The notes: generated by a model not told the origin, from the letters alone. A DNA stretch of 64,000 nt from Octopus bimaculoides (GCF_001194135.2 NC_068983.1:62768556-62832555); one strand, 5' to 3'; shown: positions 37,108 to 49,318, counted from the stretch's first letter. Numbers and translations: made by a program.

Positions 37108-37982
37108 TCTGTCATGTCCTCTAAAGGACGTAGCACCTGCAACTCAGAAAATCGGTAATGCAAGACGTGAGTAGCAGTGAATGCGACCCCTTTAGACAAT
37201 GCCCTGATAGAACAAAGCGGTTTGATATCTTGTTGCGATAGAAGCCTTTAAGCGACGTTTCGTTCTTCAGTGCTAGAAGGTAATTAGAATACTATCTAAG
37301 GCGCACAATGGCATTGTGTGGAGTGAACCGATAGAACTGGGATTGTAAAAGCCCCACAAACTTACTCAGAATATTTTAACTATCACACAAGTAAAACCTA
37401 AGTTTCATAAACATTCAAGTGCGGTCAAGAATAAACCACATTCCAGATCACATTGAAACAGGATATTTGCTCTATCAATGAACAGGAATAATATAGGATA
37501 TCCAAAAGTTATCAAAATTTGTTTCAATACAAACTCATAGTGACCTTCATTTTTCGACTATTGCTATCCGTTTTACAATCACACTTATTCTTCCTCTGAG
37601 AGCCATAGCAAATCGTTGTTAAAATGGAGTACCCATCCACGACTGGGTTCTTTTTTATCAATATATCCCTTCCCCGAATCTGAGCCATTGTACCTAACAA
37701 ATCAATGTTAATGTTATTGTCTTATTGTAGTTACTTTAGCATACACTTCTGTACAGTACACTAGAGTAAACATTGAAAATGTTTTCATCTTCAAACTTAA
37801 AATATATTCAGCCTGCATAATATCAACGTAACACATTACCGTCTGTGTTTGTCCTGCCTGTATATCCAAATGTACTTTTATATTTCTCTTTCTTTTTATC
37901 GTCTTCCCTCCCTTTCTCCTTTTATATATATATGAGATACACAGGCAGACAGTTAGTGAGCGAAATAGTGATAAAAGAATAG

Positions 37983-38132
<150 letters not shown>

Positions 38133-40164
38133 AACTCATATATAAAGGCACTTCCGGACACACACAAACAGACTTTGTAATGGAAGTGACGATTGAAAGC
38201 ATCTTTATTATTATTTCTCTTTATATATTATTTTTCATTTATATATTTCATCAAACTGGAATTTCAAATAAAACCCGAATAGGCGGATCTCATCGATTTA
38301 TATCTTAAATTTGATTTTATAAATTGAATTTACTCGGAAATTCAATAAAAAATGCAATTTCAATTCCAAATTGATGGGAAAAGTTCACAATTTTTTACAA
38401 ATTCAACTTGAATTTGAATGTTAATTCAAGCACTTCAGTATTAGCTTTGTCAGTGGTAAACCGTACATAAAACAATAAACACCTTGCAGCTTGATACCTC
38501 AGCTCGGTTCGAATCCTTTTAGTAACAGTTATATCAAACGCTGATAAAGGATTTCAGAAAAGCAAGAAAGCTTCAATTTTGTGGAAAGCTTGCCCATCTA
38601 TTTAACAAGATACTAGGTTCCGTCACAGTGTCAGGATCTTAAGTGTCTTCTTTCATACTTTTGTGAGTGAAACCAATCAAACTTAGACTACATACATCGG
38701 AGGAACTGGTTTTGAATTAAATCCGTCGTCCGTTTTTACACCACTATCTGGTATGCATGGCGTTTATCTCCCTGCAGCAGAATAAATCATGTGTACCAAG
38801 TCTGCTCTCTTAGGATAATGCGATAAATTGAAGTGCTGTTTCCTACTCTCGCGACATATGAGTCACGGTTTATTTCTCTCCAAACTGCTTTTGGAACCCT
38901 ACAAAGTGTCATGGGTACTTTATATCTTCTAAGATAAAGTACGAAAGTTCGTTTTCCTTCTCCAAAAGATACGAGTACATGCATAGTGAAACGTAACAGA
39001 TATCGTAAAAAGAGCTGATAAACAGCGGAAACTGCTTTCACTCAGAGCAAAGAACTTGGCTCTGTTCAGTTATTTTCGTATTGCAATTTTAAACTTAAAA
39101 AATAATTCGGAAAAAGTAATCGCAAAAAATTTAATTGTAAATACTATTTCTGGTCCAAGGAAATCCTTGTTGAAGTTGTAAGAGTGCAAATAATCATCAA
39201 TAAGCGAAATTTTGTTTTCACATTTGACAAACGATTATTTACATATTTGTAAATTGTATATTATATTAGTGCATGATTATGTTTACACATATTATTTTAT
39301 TATATTATTATATGTTTCAGCCTTAAGGTTGTGGCCATGCGGGGGGCACCGCCAGTATATAAGACTAGTATATTAGTTTTGTTTGATTTATTTAATTTTT
39401 CGGGTTTATCAAATCAAATATTAAATGTACGGATCATGAAACAGCAAATACACGATTTGATTTTTCTATTGTATTGTATTTTAACTCTGAAAAGCCAAAT
39501 AGAAAAGGAATTTTTAGATCTTAGTTTGTGTTGGTGATCAACAGAGATGATTACCTTCATAAGATATGTATATGATAAATTTAATATATAATGAATAACT
39601 CTAGTGAATCTGAAATGACCGTATATAGCAAAGATTGATGGGCTCGCCTTATTGATTTTGTTTTTAACTTCTCTTATTTAGGGAATTTATCAAACTTTGT
39701 TCAACATGTTCTCTCCTTTCGATTTATCAATCCCATCCGAACCAGTAAGATTGATGAGAAACAAATTTTATTTGTGTGTTCGTGTATGTGGGTATTAATA
39801 ATGATGATGATTAAGAGGTAGAAAATGAAGGAGGTGGTGGAATAAGCATTTGAAGGATGTTCGTGCGGAGGATAGAGAACTGAAAAAAAAAAAAGGTCAG
39901 AAGAAAATCGAGTAATTTGAGTTTTAAACATCAATGACATTAACCATGTATAATTTATGAAGCAAATCTATTCTAACATATGTAATAGGTAGACAAGTTG
40001 GTAATGAGAGAAAAATAACGAAAACTGCTATAACAGAGTATCGTTACTACAACTACTGCTGCAACTACAACAATTAGTTATAATAACAATACATTCTATT
40101 ATAGACATTTTGTCCGCTGTGTTATCAATTCTGCCAGCTAGACGCCTTAACAATAATAATGATA

Positions 40165-40378
40165 ATGATTTCAAATTTTGCCACAAGGGCAGCCATTTTG
40201 GGGGAAGGGATGAGTCGATTACTTCGACACCTATGTTTCACTGGTATTTAATTTATCGGCTTCGAAAGGGTGAAAAGTAAAGTCGACCTCGGTGGAATTT
40301 GAATTCAGAACGTAGCGACGGGCGAAATACCGCTAAGTATTTTGCCCAGCGCGCTAACGATTCTGCCAACTCACCATC

Positions 40379-40379
<1 letters not shown>
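40165..40379 (-). mobile_element. SINE family B, full length
   Basis: Minus strand GATGGTGAGTTGGCAGAATCGTTAGC...GAATTCAAATTCC...CTTGTGGCAAAATTTGAAATC followed by an (ATT)n tail. Confidence 0.9.
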
Positions 40380-40460
<81 letters not shown>

Positions 40461-40461
<1 letters not shown>

Positions 40462-40566
40462 CCTTTCTATTATAAGCACAAGGCCTGAAGTTTGAGGGAG
40501 GGGCAAATCAATTACATCAATCCCAGTATTTCACTGGTACTTAATTTATCGACCGCGAAAGGATGA
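40461..40566 (-). mobile_element. SINE family B, 3' half, with (AAT)n tail tract at 40380-40460
   Basis: TCCTTTCTATTATAAGCACAAGGCCTGAAG...GGTACTTAATTTATCGACC.CGAAAGGATGA. Confidence 0.88.
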
Positions 40567-40662
40567 TAAATTTAGTATCAATTGCGTACTGGGGTAGATC
40601 TAATCGACCGCCCCAACCCTCCTTAAAATTTTTGGGCCTTATGCCTAGAGTAGAAAAGAATA
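40565..40662 (+). mobile_element. SINE family B, 3' half, fused back-to-back with the preceding copy
   Basis: GATAAATTTAGTATCAATTGCGTACTGGGGTAGATCTAATCGAC...GGGCCTTATGCCTAGAGTAGAAAAG; matches 9800-9890. Confidence 0.85.
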
Positions 40663-41590
40663 TATCTCCCTAAAACGATTCAGAATAACTCAAGTAGAAA
40701 AAGAATGCAAAAAGGATAATGGCACAGATAATACTTGCAGAAGTAATTCATGTTTATCTCAATACATTGTAAGTGTTCATAGCTGTCGGTAAATTGTCAC
40801 CACGTGTAAGGAATCTGTTTATTGTTCGTATCACTACCAAACTGACTCTACATCCGAATCAAAATATGAAAACAATACAAATAAAAACTAAGTGTATACA
40901 TCCCGAGGTTTATATATGAATGCGTTCATTGAATGTGATGCATAAAAAAGTATGGAAATAGTGTGCAATATTTATTATTAACGGAACCAAATAAACCCGA
41001 CAACAATGATGATATTCAAAATGAAGTGGTGAAAAGAGAAAAAGGAAAGGGGAATGTAACATGATACCACCTTCATTTTAAAATACAGATATATTATTCC
41101 TGGCTCTCTTTTACATTTAGATAGATCTAGTGACAAAAGGGCATTGTTTACCTCTATAAAATTTGCGTACGTAATTTTTTTTTTTTTTTTTTGAGAAGAG
41201 GGCTGTCTTAAATCGACAGATTCTGTTTGTATCTCGACAGAGGCGAGATAAGTAAAGGCTTCCTTAACCTTATCAAGCCGTTTCCCCGCAATTGTAGAAA
41301 TGGTTTAAACGTCATCTCTGCTGAATTCTCAAAAAGTTGGTAATGAAAAACACACACAGAAGCAGAAAATGCAACGTATTTTGTCCATTAGTTCGTCTGT
41401 AATTGTTATTCTTGAGTTGTATTTGAATCTACTTATTTTTTGCTCAGGAGCAGAAATGTAGAGTAAACTGAGACACAGGGACCCAGGTCTGGGAGGATTA
41501 AGAAGAGTTTAAATTTTTGTCTCCATATTTCTGCTGTTATCGCTATCTTCAAAAATGTTTGAGAGACGGTTCAAAATACTTTTCATATTT

Positions 41591-41790
41591 AAGGCGGCGA
41601 ATTGACAGAATTATTACGGCGCCAGAAAAATGCATTTCTTCCGACTTTACGAAGAAGGTTCGCCCAGGTCTACTTTGCCTTTCATCGTTTTAGGATCGAA
41701 AAATAAGTGCCATTTGAGCACTGAGGTCTACATAATCGACTTACACCCAATCCCGAAATTATTGGCCTTGTACCAAAATGTGAAAGCAAT
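41591..41790 (+). mobile_element. SINE family B, degenerate full length
   Basis: AAGGCGGCGAATTGACAGAA...CTTTGCCTTTCATC...GGCCTTGTACCAAAATGTGAAA. Confidence 0.78.
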
Positions 41791-42443
41791 GGATTTAGTG
41801 CAATGTGTTTTGTATCAGTTTTTTTTTTATTTCCTTTCCTGTTGTATCTTTTTAATGTTTTATAATGAGCGTATCGGTCGGATATTTTGAATGGGAAATC
41901 TGTTTAAAATTTATAATCGAAAGAAGCAAGTCTAGAGAAACAAATGTTTACATTTTTCTAGATTCGATTATAGGGGCAGGCCGTTTTCAAGTGATGAACA
42001 TCCGTTCTGAAATGTTCCCCACGGAAATATTCACCGGTAATACTTGAATTCTTTTAGAAATACGTCTTTATCCTTTGGGAGTCAATGATGATGATGCTGA
42101 TGATTTCATTAATTTGAAAATATTTACAAATTTTGTGGTAAAGAACCCTGAAACTGAGAACAAAAAATGGAAAGTGGATATAGCTGGAATATAGATCCAG
42201 TGAAACAGATGTGCAACCTTTCTCATTCCTTTAAATATTTGCAAGAAATATTTCATTCAATTTTTATAAAGATAAAAAGAAGCAAAAAAGAAATTGTCTC
42301 ATGTCAGGTTTATATTTTTTTCTTCTGAAAAATGTCATTATTGTTAGTTTTCTCTAAGCCTAGGTCAGACTTGATCTGGCAGGGAATAAAATGATTGCAA
42401 TATATTAGTGTATATATAATCTCAGGAGAGAAGACATATATAT

Positions 42444-42528
<85 letters not shown>

Positions 42529-43037
42529 AGAATGCCCACAAGATTTAAATACTCTATTCCTAACCAGACAATGTAGCTGAGGTGTCAATGAGTGATGGAA
42601 AAGTACTCTTAAATTGGCTTCATCATGTGTGACTAATGTAAAATGTTAGAAACTGAGAAATTTTATAACGACATAATAAACGTCTTTAAAACTTTGCATT
42701 TGCCAGACATCTCACATTCATTGACAAATAAAAAATTCTTCCGTTGACACACGGTCACATTTTTATTTGAAGATTTTAGACGACAGAAATGAATCCTGGG
42801 GAATTACTCGCGTGTAGTTTCTGAACAATGCAGGTGATATTGGGAAAATAACATTTACACTCGCGGTATTTGATTATGTGAATTGACGAGGAAAACACCA
42901 CAAGGAAGTTATTCCAATTTGTTGTATTTACTGCCAAGTCATTTCTATAAGAAAATATGTTCAATATTTATAAAACTACATATTAAGCAAATCATATGTA
43001 AACACTTGTTACTCACTTCCATTGTTAACATCGTATG

Positions 43038-43250
43038 AGGCGGAAAGCTGGCAGAATCATTAGCACGCCGGGCAAAATGTTTAGCGGCATTTGGTCCGAC
43101 TTTACGTTCTGAATTCAAATGCCACCTGAGTTGACTTTGCTTTTCATCATTTCGAAGTCGATAAAATAAGACCAGGTGAGAACCAGAGTTGATGTAATCA
43201 ACATACCACTCCCATGAAATTGCTGGCCTTGTGCCAAAATTTGAAATCTT
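43038..43250 (+). mobile_element. SINE family B, copy 1 of a tandem triplet
   Basis: AGGCGGAAAGCTGGCAGAATCATTAGCACGCCGGG...GGCCTTGTGCCAAAATTTGAAA. Confidence 0.9.
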
Positions 43251-43264
43251 TAATAACATTATAT

Positions 43265-43456
43265 AAGGCGGTGAGCTGGCAGAATCGTTAGCTAAACTTC
43301 GTATTTACATTCCAAATTCAAATTCCGCCGAGATCAACTTTGCTTTTCATTCTTTTAGGGGTCGATAAAATAATTACCAGTCAAATACTGGGGTCAATGT
43401 TATCAACTAGCCTCTTCCTTCAAAAACTGCTAGATCCGTGCCAAAATATGAAGCCA
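43265..43456 (+). mobile_element. SINE family B, copy 2 of a tandem triplet
   Basis: AAGGCGGTGAGCTGGCAGAATCGTTAGC, a short deletion, then ...GTGCCAAAATATGAAG. Confidence 0.87.
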
Positions 43457-43470
43457 TTATAAGCATTATA

Positions 43471-43680
43471 AAGGCTGAATTTTTCCCAGGCCAGATCAAA
43501 TGCTTAAGAGCGTTTTCTTTTGTTTTTACCTTCCAAATTTAGAAGCTGCCGAATTTGATTTTGCCTTTCCCCTTTTCGAGTCCGAAAAGATAAATACCAG
43601 TCGAACAAATCGGTCGATGATAACAAGTTACCCCTTCCCCTGAAATTGCTGGCTTTGTGCCAAAATTTGAAATCATTACA
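43471..43680 (+). mobile_element. SINE family B, copy 3 of a tandem triplet (most diverged)
   Basis: AAATGCTTAAG...TTTTGCCTTTCC...GAAATTGCTGGCTTTGTGCCAAAATTTGAAATC. Confidence 0.75.
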
Positions 43681-44206
43681 TTATAATTACATTGTGAGAT
43701 TTGAATGGTCTGCCTGGATGAAGCTGATTAACAGTCTACATATAATGTACGTTGGTTCGTTGTCAGATTTAACATGACAAAAATTTTGTCAACATTTTTT
43801 CTTCCTCCTTTCTGTGAACGGCATCAATTATTAGCACAGGGACAATAATTCAGCAATAGTAAATGGGAAGACGCAGGCGTAGAAAAAGGATCCGAAATAT
43901 CGTAATGCTTCATTAGAATTCCAAATATATCTTCCTGTAAAAAGCCAAACATTCATTAGTATTTCAATTCTAAAACCTATGAGAGCATAAACATTTCCGG
44001 GTAAAATACCAATTTATTAATTAATGGCTATAAAGTAATTGACTTAAAATGTGATTAACTTATGTTCCCAAAAATGTGCGCACATATATTCATAAATCTA
44101 TCTATCTATCTATCTATCTGTATATGTGTGTGTGTGTGTATGTGTCTGTCTGTCTGTATGTATGTATGTATACACACATATGTATGTATGTATGCATTAT
44201 TATGTA

Positions 44207-44295
<89 letters not shown>

Positions 44296-44696
44296 CAATG
44301 TACACACATTTCATATATACATGTGTGTCTTAATGTTTGTGCATGTGTGTAAAGGTAAGATCCAAGGATCAAGGTGTAGGAAGCTAGTAAGCTTCGAGCA
44401 GTCTGTGGAAAGTGTAAAAAGCATCTTTCAGGAACAATAGTGGTTTATCGACGGAGACGACTGTAACTTTTTCATATAACGCACACACACACATACACTC
44501 ACACACACATATGTATATATATATATATATNNNNNNNNNNNNNNNNNNNNNNNNNNNNNNNNNNNNNNNNNNNNNNNNNNNNNNNNNNNNNNNNNNNNNN
44601 NNNNNNNNNNNNNNNNNNNNNNNNNNNNNNNNNNNNNNNNNNNNNNNNNNNNNNNNNNNNNNNNNNNNNNNNNNNNNNNNNNNNNNNNNNNNNNNN

Positions 44697-44922
44697 ATAT
44701 TTTACATGATCGACCGCTAGCTACTAAAGCTACTAAAGCTTTTATTTTTTGTTCTCTCTCTGTTTATTTCCTCATGTTCCTTTCCGTTCAAGAGCGTAGG
44801 CTCGAAATGTAAAAGACTTTCTCACCTTCACGAGTGTTAAACTAATATACTGCTTGTTGTTTACACACCTGTCTTCCTCTTTTGACTTTTGTCTTTTTTT
44901 GTGAATTCCAACTATATATATA
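44697..44922 (+). mobile_element. Probable Penelope pseudo-LTR-like short element between (TA)n tracts
   Basis: Pyrimidine-rich ~225 bp carrying a hammerhead-like motif, with (TA)n at both ends. Confidence 0.55.
44780..44815 (+). ncRNA. Degenerate minimal hammerhead ribozyme relic
   Basis: cttt CCGTTCA a gagc gtag gctc GAAA tg TA aaag. Helices I (cttt/aaag) and II (gagc/gctc) are perfect and GAAA and GUA are present; the first box has three substitutions. Confidence 0.55.
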
Positions 44923-44955
44923 ATACAGATGTATGGAAGCAGCTGAATATGTGTT

Positions 44956-45249
44956 AGGAGGGGTCCTTGACATTGGACCCCATTTTGTGTGTATGTGTTT
45001 ATATATATGAGAGATATTGGTATCTCTTATTTCCTTCTATATTATCTATCTCCTCCTTTTTCATAATAATTCCTTATTTCGAACTCAAATGCTTACCTCT
45101 ATTTAACCATCTCACATCTTCTCTGATGAAGGGATATCCATAATATACCAGAAACAGCTGTAAGACTATATATCTCTTTCCTTATAAATGCCCTGAAAAC
45201 TCCTCACAGCCCTGGTTTTGTTATCTCATTTTGTCTAATATATATATAT
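44956..45249 (+). mobile_element. Probable Penelope pseudo-LTR-like element ending in (TA)n
   Basis: Starts with a ~45-bp motif that recurs inverted at 45553-45597 and contains the hammerhead at 45120-45165. Confidence 0.6.
45120..45165 (+). ncRNA. Minimal type I hammerhead ribozyme, core intact
   Basis: tct CTGATGA a gggatat ccata atatacc a GAAA c agct g TA aga. All core nucleotides are present, helix III is palindromic (ACAGCUGU), helix I is 3 bp and helix II has one mismatch. Confidence 0.72.
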
Positions 45250-45250
45250 G

Positions 45251-45524
45251 TGGAGGCGCAATGGCCCAGTGGTTAGGGCTGCGGACTCTCGGTCATAGGA
45301 TCGCGGTTTCGATTCCCAGACCGGGCGTTGTGAGTGTTTATTGAGCGAAAACACCTAAAGCTCCACGAGGCTTCGGCAGGGGATGGTGGCGAACCCTGCT
45401 GTACTCTTACACCACAACTTTGTCTCACTCTTACTTCCTGTTTCTGTTGTGCCTGTAATTCAAAGGGCCAGACTTGTCACACTGTGTCACGCTGAATATC
45501 CCCGAGAACTACGTTAAGGGTACA
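45251..45524 (+). mobile_element. SINE family A, 5' portion up to the gap
   Basis: TGGAGGCGCAATGGCCCAGTGGTTAGG...GGTTTCGATTCC; inserted at (TA)n. Confidence 0.92.
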
Positions 45525-45544
45525 NNNNNNNNNNATATATATAT

Positions 45545-46720
45545 ATATATATAAACAGATACACACAAAATGGGGGCCAATGTCAAGTACCCCTCCTTTT
45601 GTTGTTGTTGTTGCTACTGCTATTGTCGTTGTTATTGTTGTTATTGTGCATGTGGGCTGTGTTTGTTATGTTGATGGTTGTGGCGGTGCTTGATGAGTTT
45701 GTGAGTCGTTTGTGACAGTAGTACTGGTGTAGTATTTGCTTGCTGCAGTTTTTGGTTTGCGTCCCTTATCTCCAGTTTTGGAGGTGTTTTCGTTGTCTTT
45801 TGTTATTTCAATCATTTTCCTTTGTTTGTTTCTTTTTTACCACTCCTCCTCCTAGGCATATTCGCCACGTGTAGTGTCTGACCGTTTGGAATCGGGCCGT
45901 AGCATATTATGTAATGAAGTTGCAAGGTGGCTGTTGTGGTTATTGGTCTTTCTGTTGCTTGTGTTGATGTTGTTACATTTTTGACTTTGGTGGATGTTGT
46001 TGGTGGAGTGGGTCCTTTGGTGCCAGGAGAAGAGGGGTCTCTTCTCTTTTTCCTTCAATGGTGGGCAGTGTGTAGTCGAAAGGCAGGTGTGACACTTAGT
46101 CTTCATATCTTCCATCCTAACCGGTAAATTGATGCCACCTGGGAGATCTATCTGATCTCGGATGGCATCCATATTTTTGCGACTGGTTTGGATGAGGAGT
46201 TTTATTCCCCACCCGACTGGTTCTCGTTTTTAGTCTGGTGGACTTCGAATTTCTGTGTTTTCGTCGAAGTCTACTGTCACTGAAGCAGTTATCCAAAGAC
46301 TGGTTACCTCTGGCAGGACATACTGGATACGGATTCTTGCAAGCCTCTAACCGCAGTAGTAAGGGAGAAATAAACGGCTATTACGTTTCAAGACTTAGTA
46401 AGTGAGGTTTTTTCCTCCTCCTCCTCCTCTATTTCAAATCTTATTTCTACTGTTTCATGACTCCTTCTTCTTGGAAATATTTGGTCGCAAACAGAACTTA
46501 AATGAATTTTGGATTGGAGCTTTTGTGGCTCCTTCTACCCTTCTCGACTTTAATCCATTAATATGGCACGTTGCTGTGCAGCATACGGTATTTCGGATGG
46601 CGTCGATTAGGTGCTAAGATTGTCCATCTCGCTCTACTAACCGTCTGACCTTGCTGATTTCTTCCTCAGAGTAGTTCAATCGTTAGAAAGAAGTAAAGAC
46701 GACCTAGAGGCACTAACGAA
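45545..46720 (-). mobile_element. Degenerate gag-like LINE ORF1 relic with zinc knuckle and low-complexity tail
   Basis: Minus-strand frames give HETVEIRFEIEEEE..., LARIRIQYVLPEVTSLWITASV..., GWGIKLLIQTSRKNMDAIRDQIDLPGGINLPVRMEDMKTKCHTCLSTTH(..)CP, a partly deleted CX2CX4HX4C. This resembles L1/Tx1-type ORF1. Stops and frameshifts present. Confidence 0.55.
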
Positions 46721-46789
46721 TGAGAGACTAGTGTTTATAGTTTTGCCTTTGCACTGTCCTGTTAGTGTGTTCTCTTGTCGTTGCTAGAT

Positions 46790-47265
46790 TCGTTGCTGCT
46801 GTTGTTGTTGCTGTTGTTGTTGCTGTTGTTGTTTCTAATGCTGTTGTTGTTGTTGTTGTTTTTGTTGTTGCTCATGTTTTTCTCAGAAAGCGCCTTCGAT
46901 GTGTTGATGTTTTGGTATTTGTCATCTCACACACGACCGACTTCGATTCGTTTACATTTGTCATCGCAGTTGTTGTTGCTATTATTGTTGCCGTTGCCAT
47001 TGTAGCTGTCATTGTTGTTATTTGTGTCACTGTTGTTAACAACTGCATTATTTTCCATTCTCGAATCCATATTATTAAAAATGATATGACCTTGTTATAT
47101 TTTCGTCCACTTTGAAATGACGTTGCCTTCGTTCACCATCTCCACTTCAGTTGTTGAAAGGGACTCTGTGTGTGTGTGTCTGTCTGTCTCTGTCTGTCTG
47201 TCTATCTCTGTCTCTGTCTCTGTCTCTCTCTGTCTCTCTCTTTTTCTCTCTCTCTCTCTCTCTCT

Positions 47266-47352
<87 letters not shown>
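46790..47352. repeat. Degenerate (GTT)n tract and (CT)n microsatellite
   Basis: Direct reading. Confidence 0.9.
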
Positions 47353-47356
<4 letters not shown>

Positions 47357-47552
47357 TATATTGTTATGTCGTCTCTTTTCCGTGTTAACGTTTTTGTTGA
47401 AATTTTTTTCTGTGAATATCAACGTCATATCAAGTGTATAGCCCCAGCTATGAGAAGCGGGTGAGACCCATTAAATTTTGTCAAGTTGAAAAGAATAACA
47501 AAAGGATAGAGTCGGGGGAAAACAAACAACATAACTGTAACTTCCTAGAGCC

Positions 47553-48070
47553 GATGTGATGCGTTCCTTCCAACATACAGTAGCTCTCATAGCTTGACTT
47601 GGTATAAAAGATGGGCTACAGCATATATTCCGCTCAATACCACAGATTTGCCTGTCAGTTTCTTGACCTTAAACAGTTGAGCATCTTCCATAGTGGCTGA
47701 CGATATATGAATCTCTAATCACGAACAGGAATAATGGTGGAGCAGTTTAACCATGTGTTGAAAGAAATTCTTCGGGGCCTGAATAATTCAACCCTGGAAA
47801 CATGCGTGTTATTTTTTATCATCCTTAAACAACTGAGAGTCCTGAACCTTTTGAACGCGATGGGCTACTCGACCTGATGAAAATTTTAACTGGGTCTTAC
47901 CTGCAAGATCATGCACTGCTTCTCTTGTTACGAGGTCACTATGTCGTGAACATATGGTTGTGAAGCTTGTTTTGGTTTAACTTTATCAGCAAGAAGTCAT
48001 GCTGGTCATATTGGACTTCGTGTATTTGTGCCCCAGTGTCACATTGATGGCATGCGTTGCTCTCTCACTC
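47553..48070 (+). mobile_element. Family D repeat, diverged, with short (AAT) tail
   Basis: Collinear with 49515-50047; ends CTCTCTCACTC-AATAAT. Confidence 0.85.
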
Positions 48071-48077
48071 AATAATG

Positions 48078-48160
48078 ATGATATCAGTTTATATAACTAA
48101 TCTGTTAATAATATCAGTTTATATGTCTGTAATAATATCAGTTTACATAACTAATCTGTT
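48078..48160. repeat. ~30-bp tandem repeat, about 3 units (ATATCAGTTTATATAACTAATCTGTT)
   Basis: Direct reading; the middle unit is shortened. Confidence 0.8.
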
Positions 48161-48654
48161 CATATTACTAATATGTTGAAATTTCTGCTACATAACCGTC
48201 ATTGAAGCATGATAGTTCCACATTGAAATCTAATTTGGCAATTTAATCACACAGTTGATTGAGGTAGTAGTAAATAATGTAAATAATGTAAATTCATTTA
48301 AGTTATCTTGCTAATCTCTAACAAATTTTACGTATGTAATTTGAGTATGGCGCGCGCGCACGCACACACGCGCGCGTATACATATATATATGTATGTATA
48401 AGCACACGTATATACAGGCACAAATTACATTACATTGGTTGGTCTAGGTGTCTCTCATAATATACCGATCTGTGTTTCACCGTCTACACAACACTTTAGC
48501 ACTTTCTTTATTTATTTAGATACCTGGTTATCTCATTGCGACTCATAGTGATACACACATATACCTGCATACATACACATAAATAGAGTTATAACTGAAA
48601 GCATGTATATCAAATATATGAAGCATTACATCTAAGAACATATTCGAGAAAGAA

Positions 48655-48872
48655 TATTGGCTTCAAATTTCGGCGTAAGACCATTAATGTGGGGGGGGGG
48701 AGGAGGAAATTCGATTACAAAGACACAAATACTCAGCTGGTACGTATATTATCTACCCCAAAAGGATGAAAGGCAAAGTTGACCTCAGCGGCATTGGAAC
48801 TCAGAACGTAAAGATGGACGAAACGCCACTAAGCATTCTATCCGGCGTGCAAACGATTCTGCCAATTCGCCG
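48655..48872 (-). mobile_element. SINE family B, full length
   Basis: Minus strand GGCGAATTGGCAGAATCGTTTGCACGCCGG...GAGTTCCAATGCC...CTTTGCCTTTCATCCTTTTGGGG. Confidence 0.85.
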
Positions 48873-49021
48873 TATCAATTTGAGAAAAAATATTAAAAAC
48901 TGAAAATAAAAAAAATAACAACAAAAACAATGACAACGACTTCAATTCAATAATAATAACGACAACAGCAGCAACAGTAACAACATCAATAACTATAATA
49001 ATAATAATAATTAATAATAAT

Positions 49022-49318
49022 CTGGAAATAGAGGTAACTCGAATGTGGAATCTAAAAACAGAAACAATTCCTATTATAGTAGGTGCCTTAGGTATAATAA
49101 AAAAATATTCAGACAAATACATAACAAAAACACCAGGACTTACAAATATATATAACATACAGAAAATTGCACTACTGGGTACTGCACACATCCTACGCAA
49201 AACACTTTGAATACAGTAACCATAAGAGCACCACAGCAAACCACAGCACATACCCAAGGCGCACAGAGCTGCGCTCGGTAGTGAAGTGAAAGCACGTTAT
49301 AAAAATAAAACTACTGAA
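49022..49318 (+). mobile_element. R4/Dong-like LINE 3' end (subfamily 1) inside (AAT)n
   Basis: LEIEVTRMWNLKTETIPIIVGALGIIKKYSDKYITKTPGLTNIYNIQKIALLGTAHILRKTL*IQ*, then a ~100-nt UTR. (AAT)n on both sides. Confidence 0.9.

Noticed and set aside
37251-37274. Minus-strand CTGAAGA-AC-GAAACGTC, both hammerhead boxes adjacent
   Set aside because: Helix II is absent and helix I is out of register; cannot fold as a hammerhead and is not near a TA tract.
38440-38520. Perfect GGTTCGAATCC T-loop motif with upstream TCAGTGGTA
   Set aside because: No acceptor or full T stem and the spacing is wrong for a tRNA.
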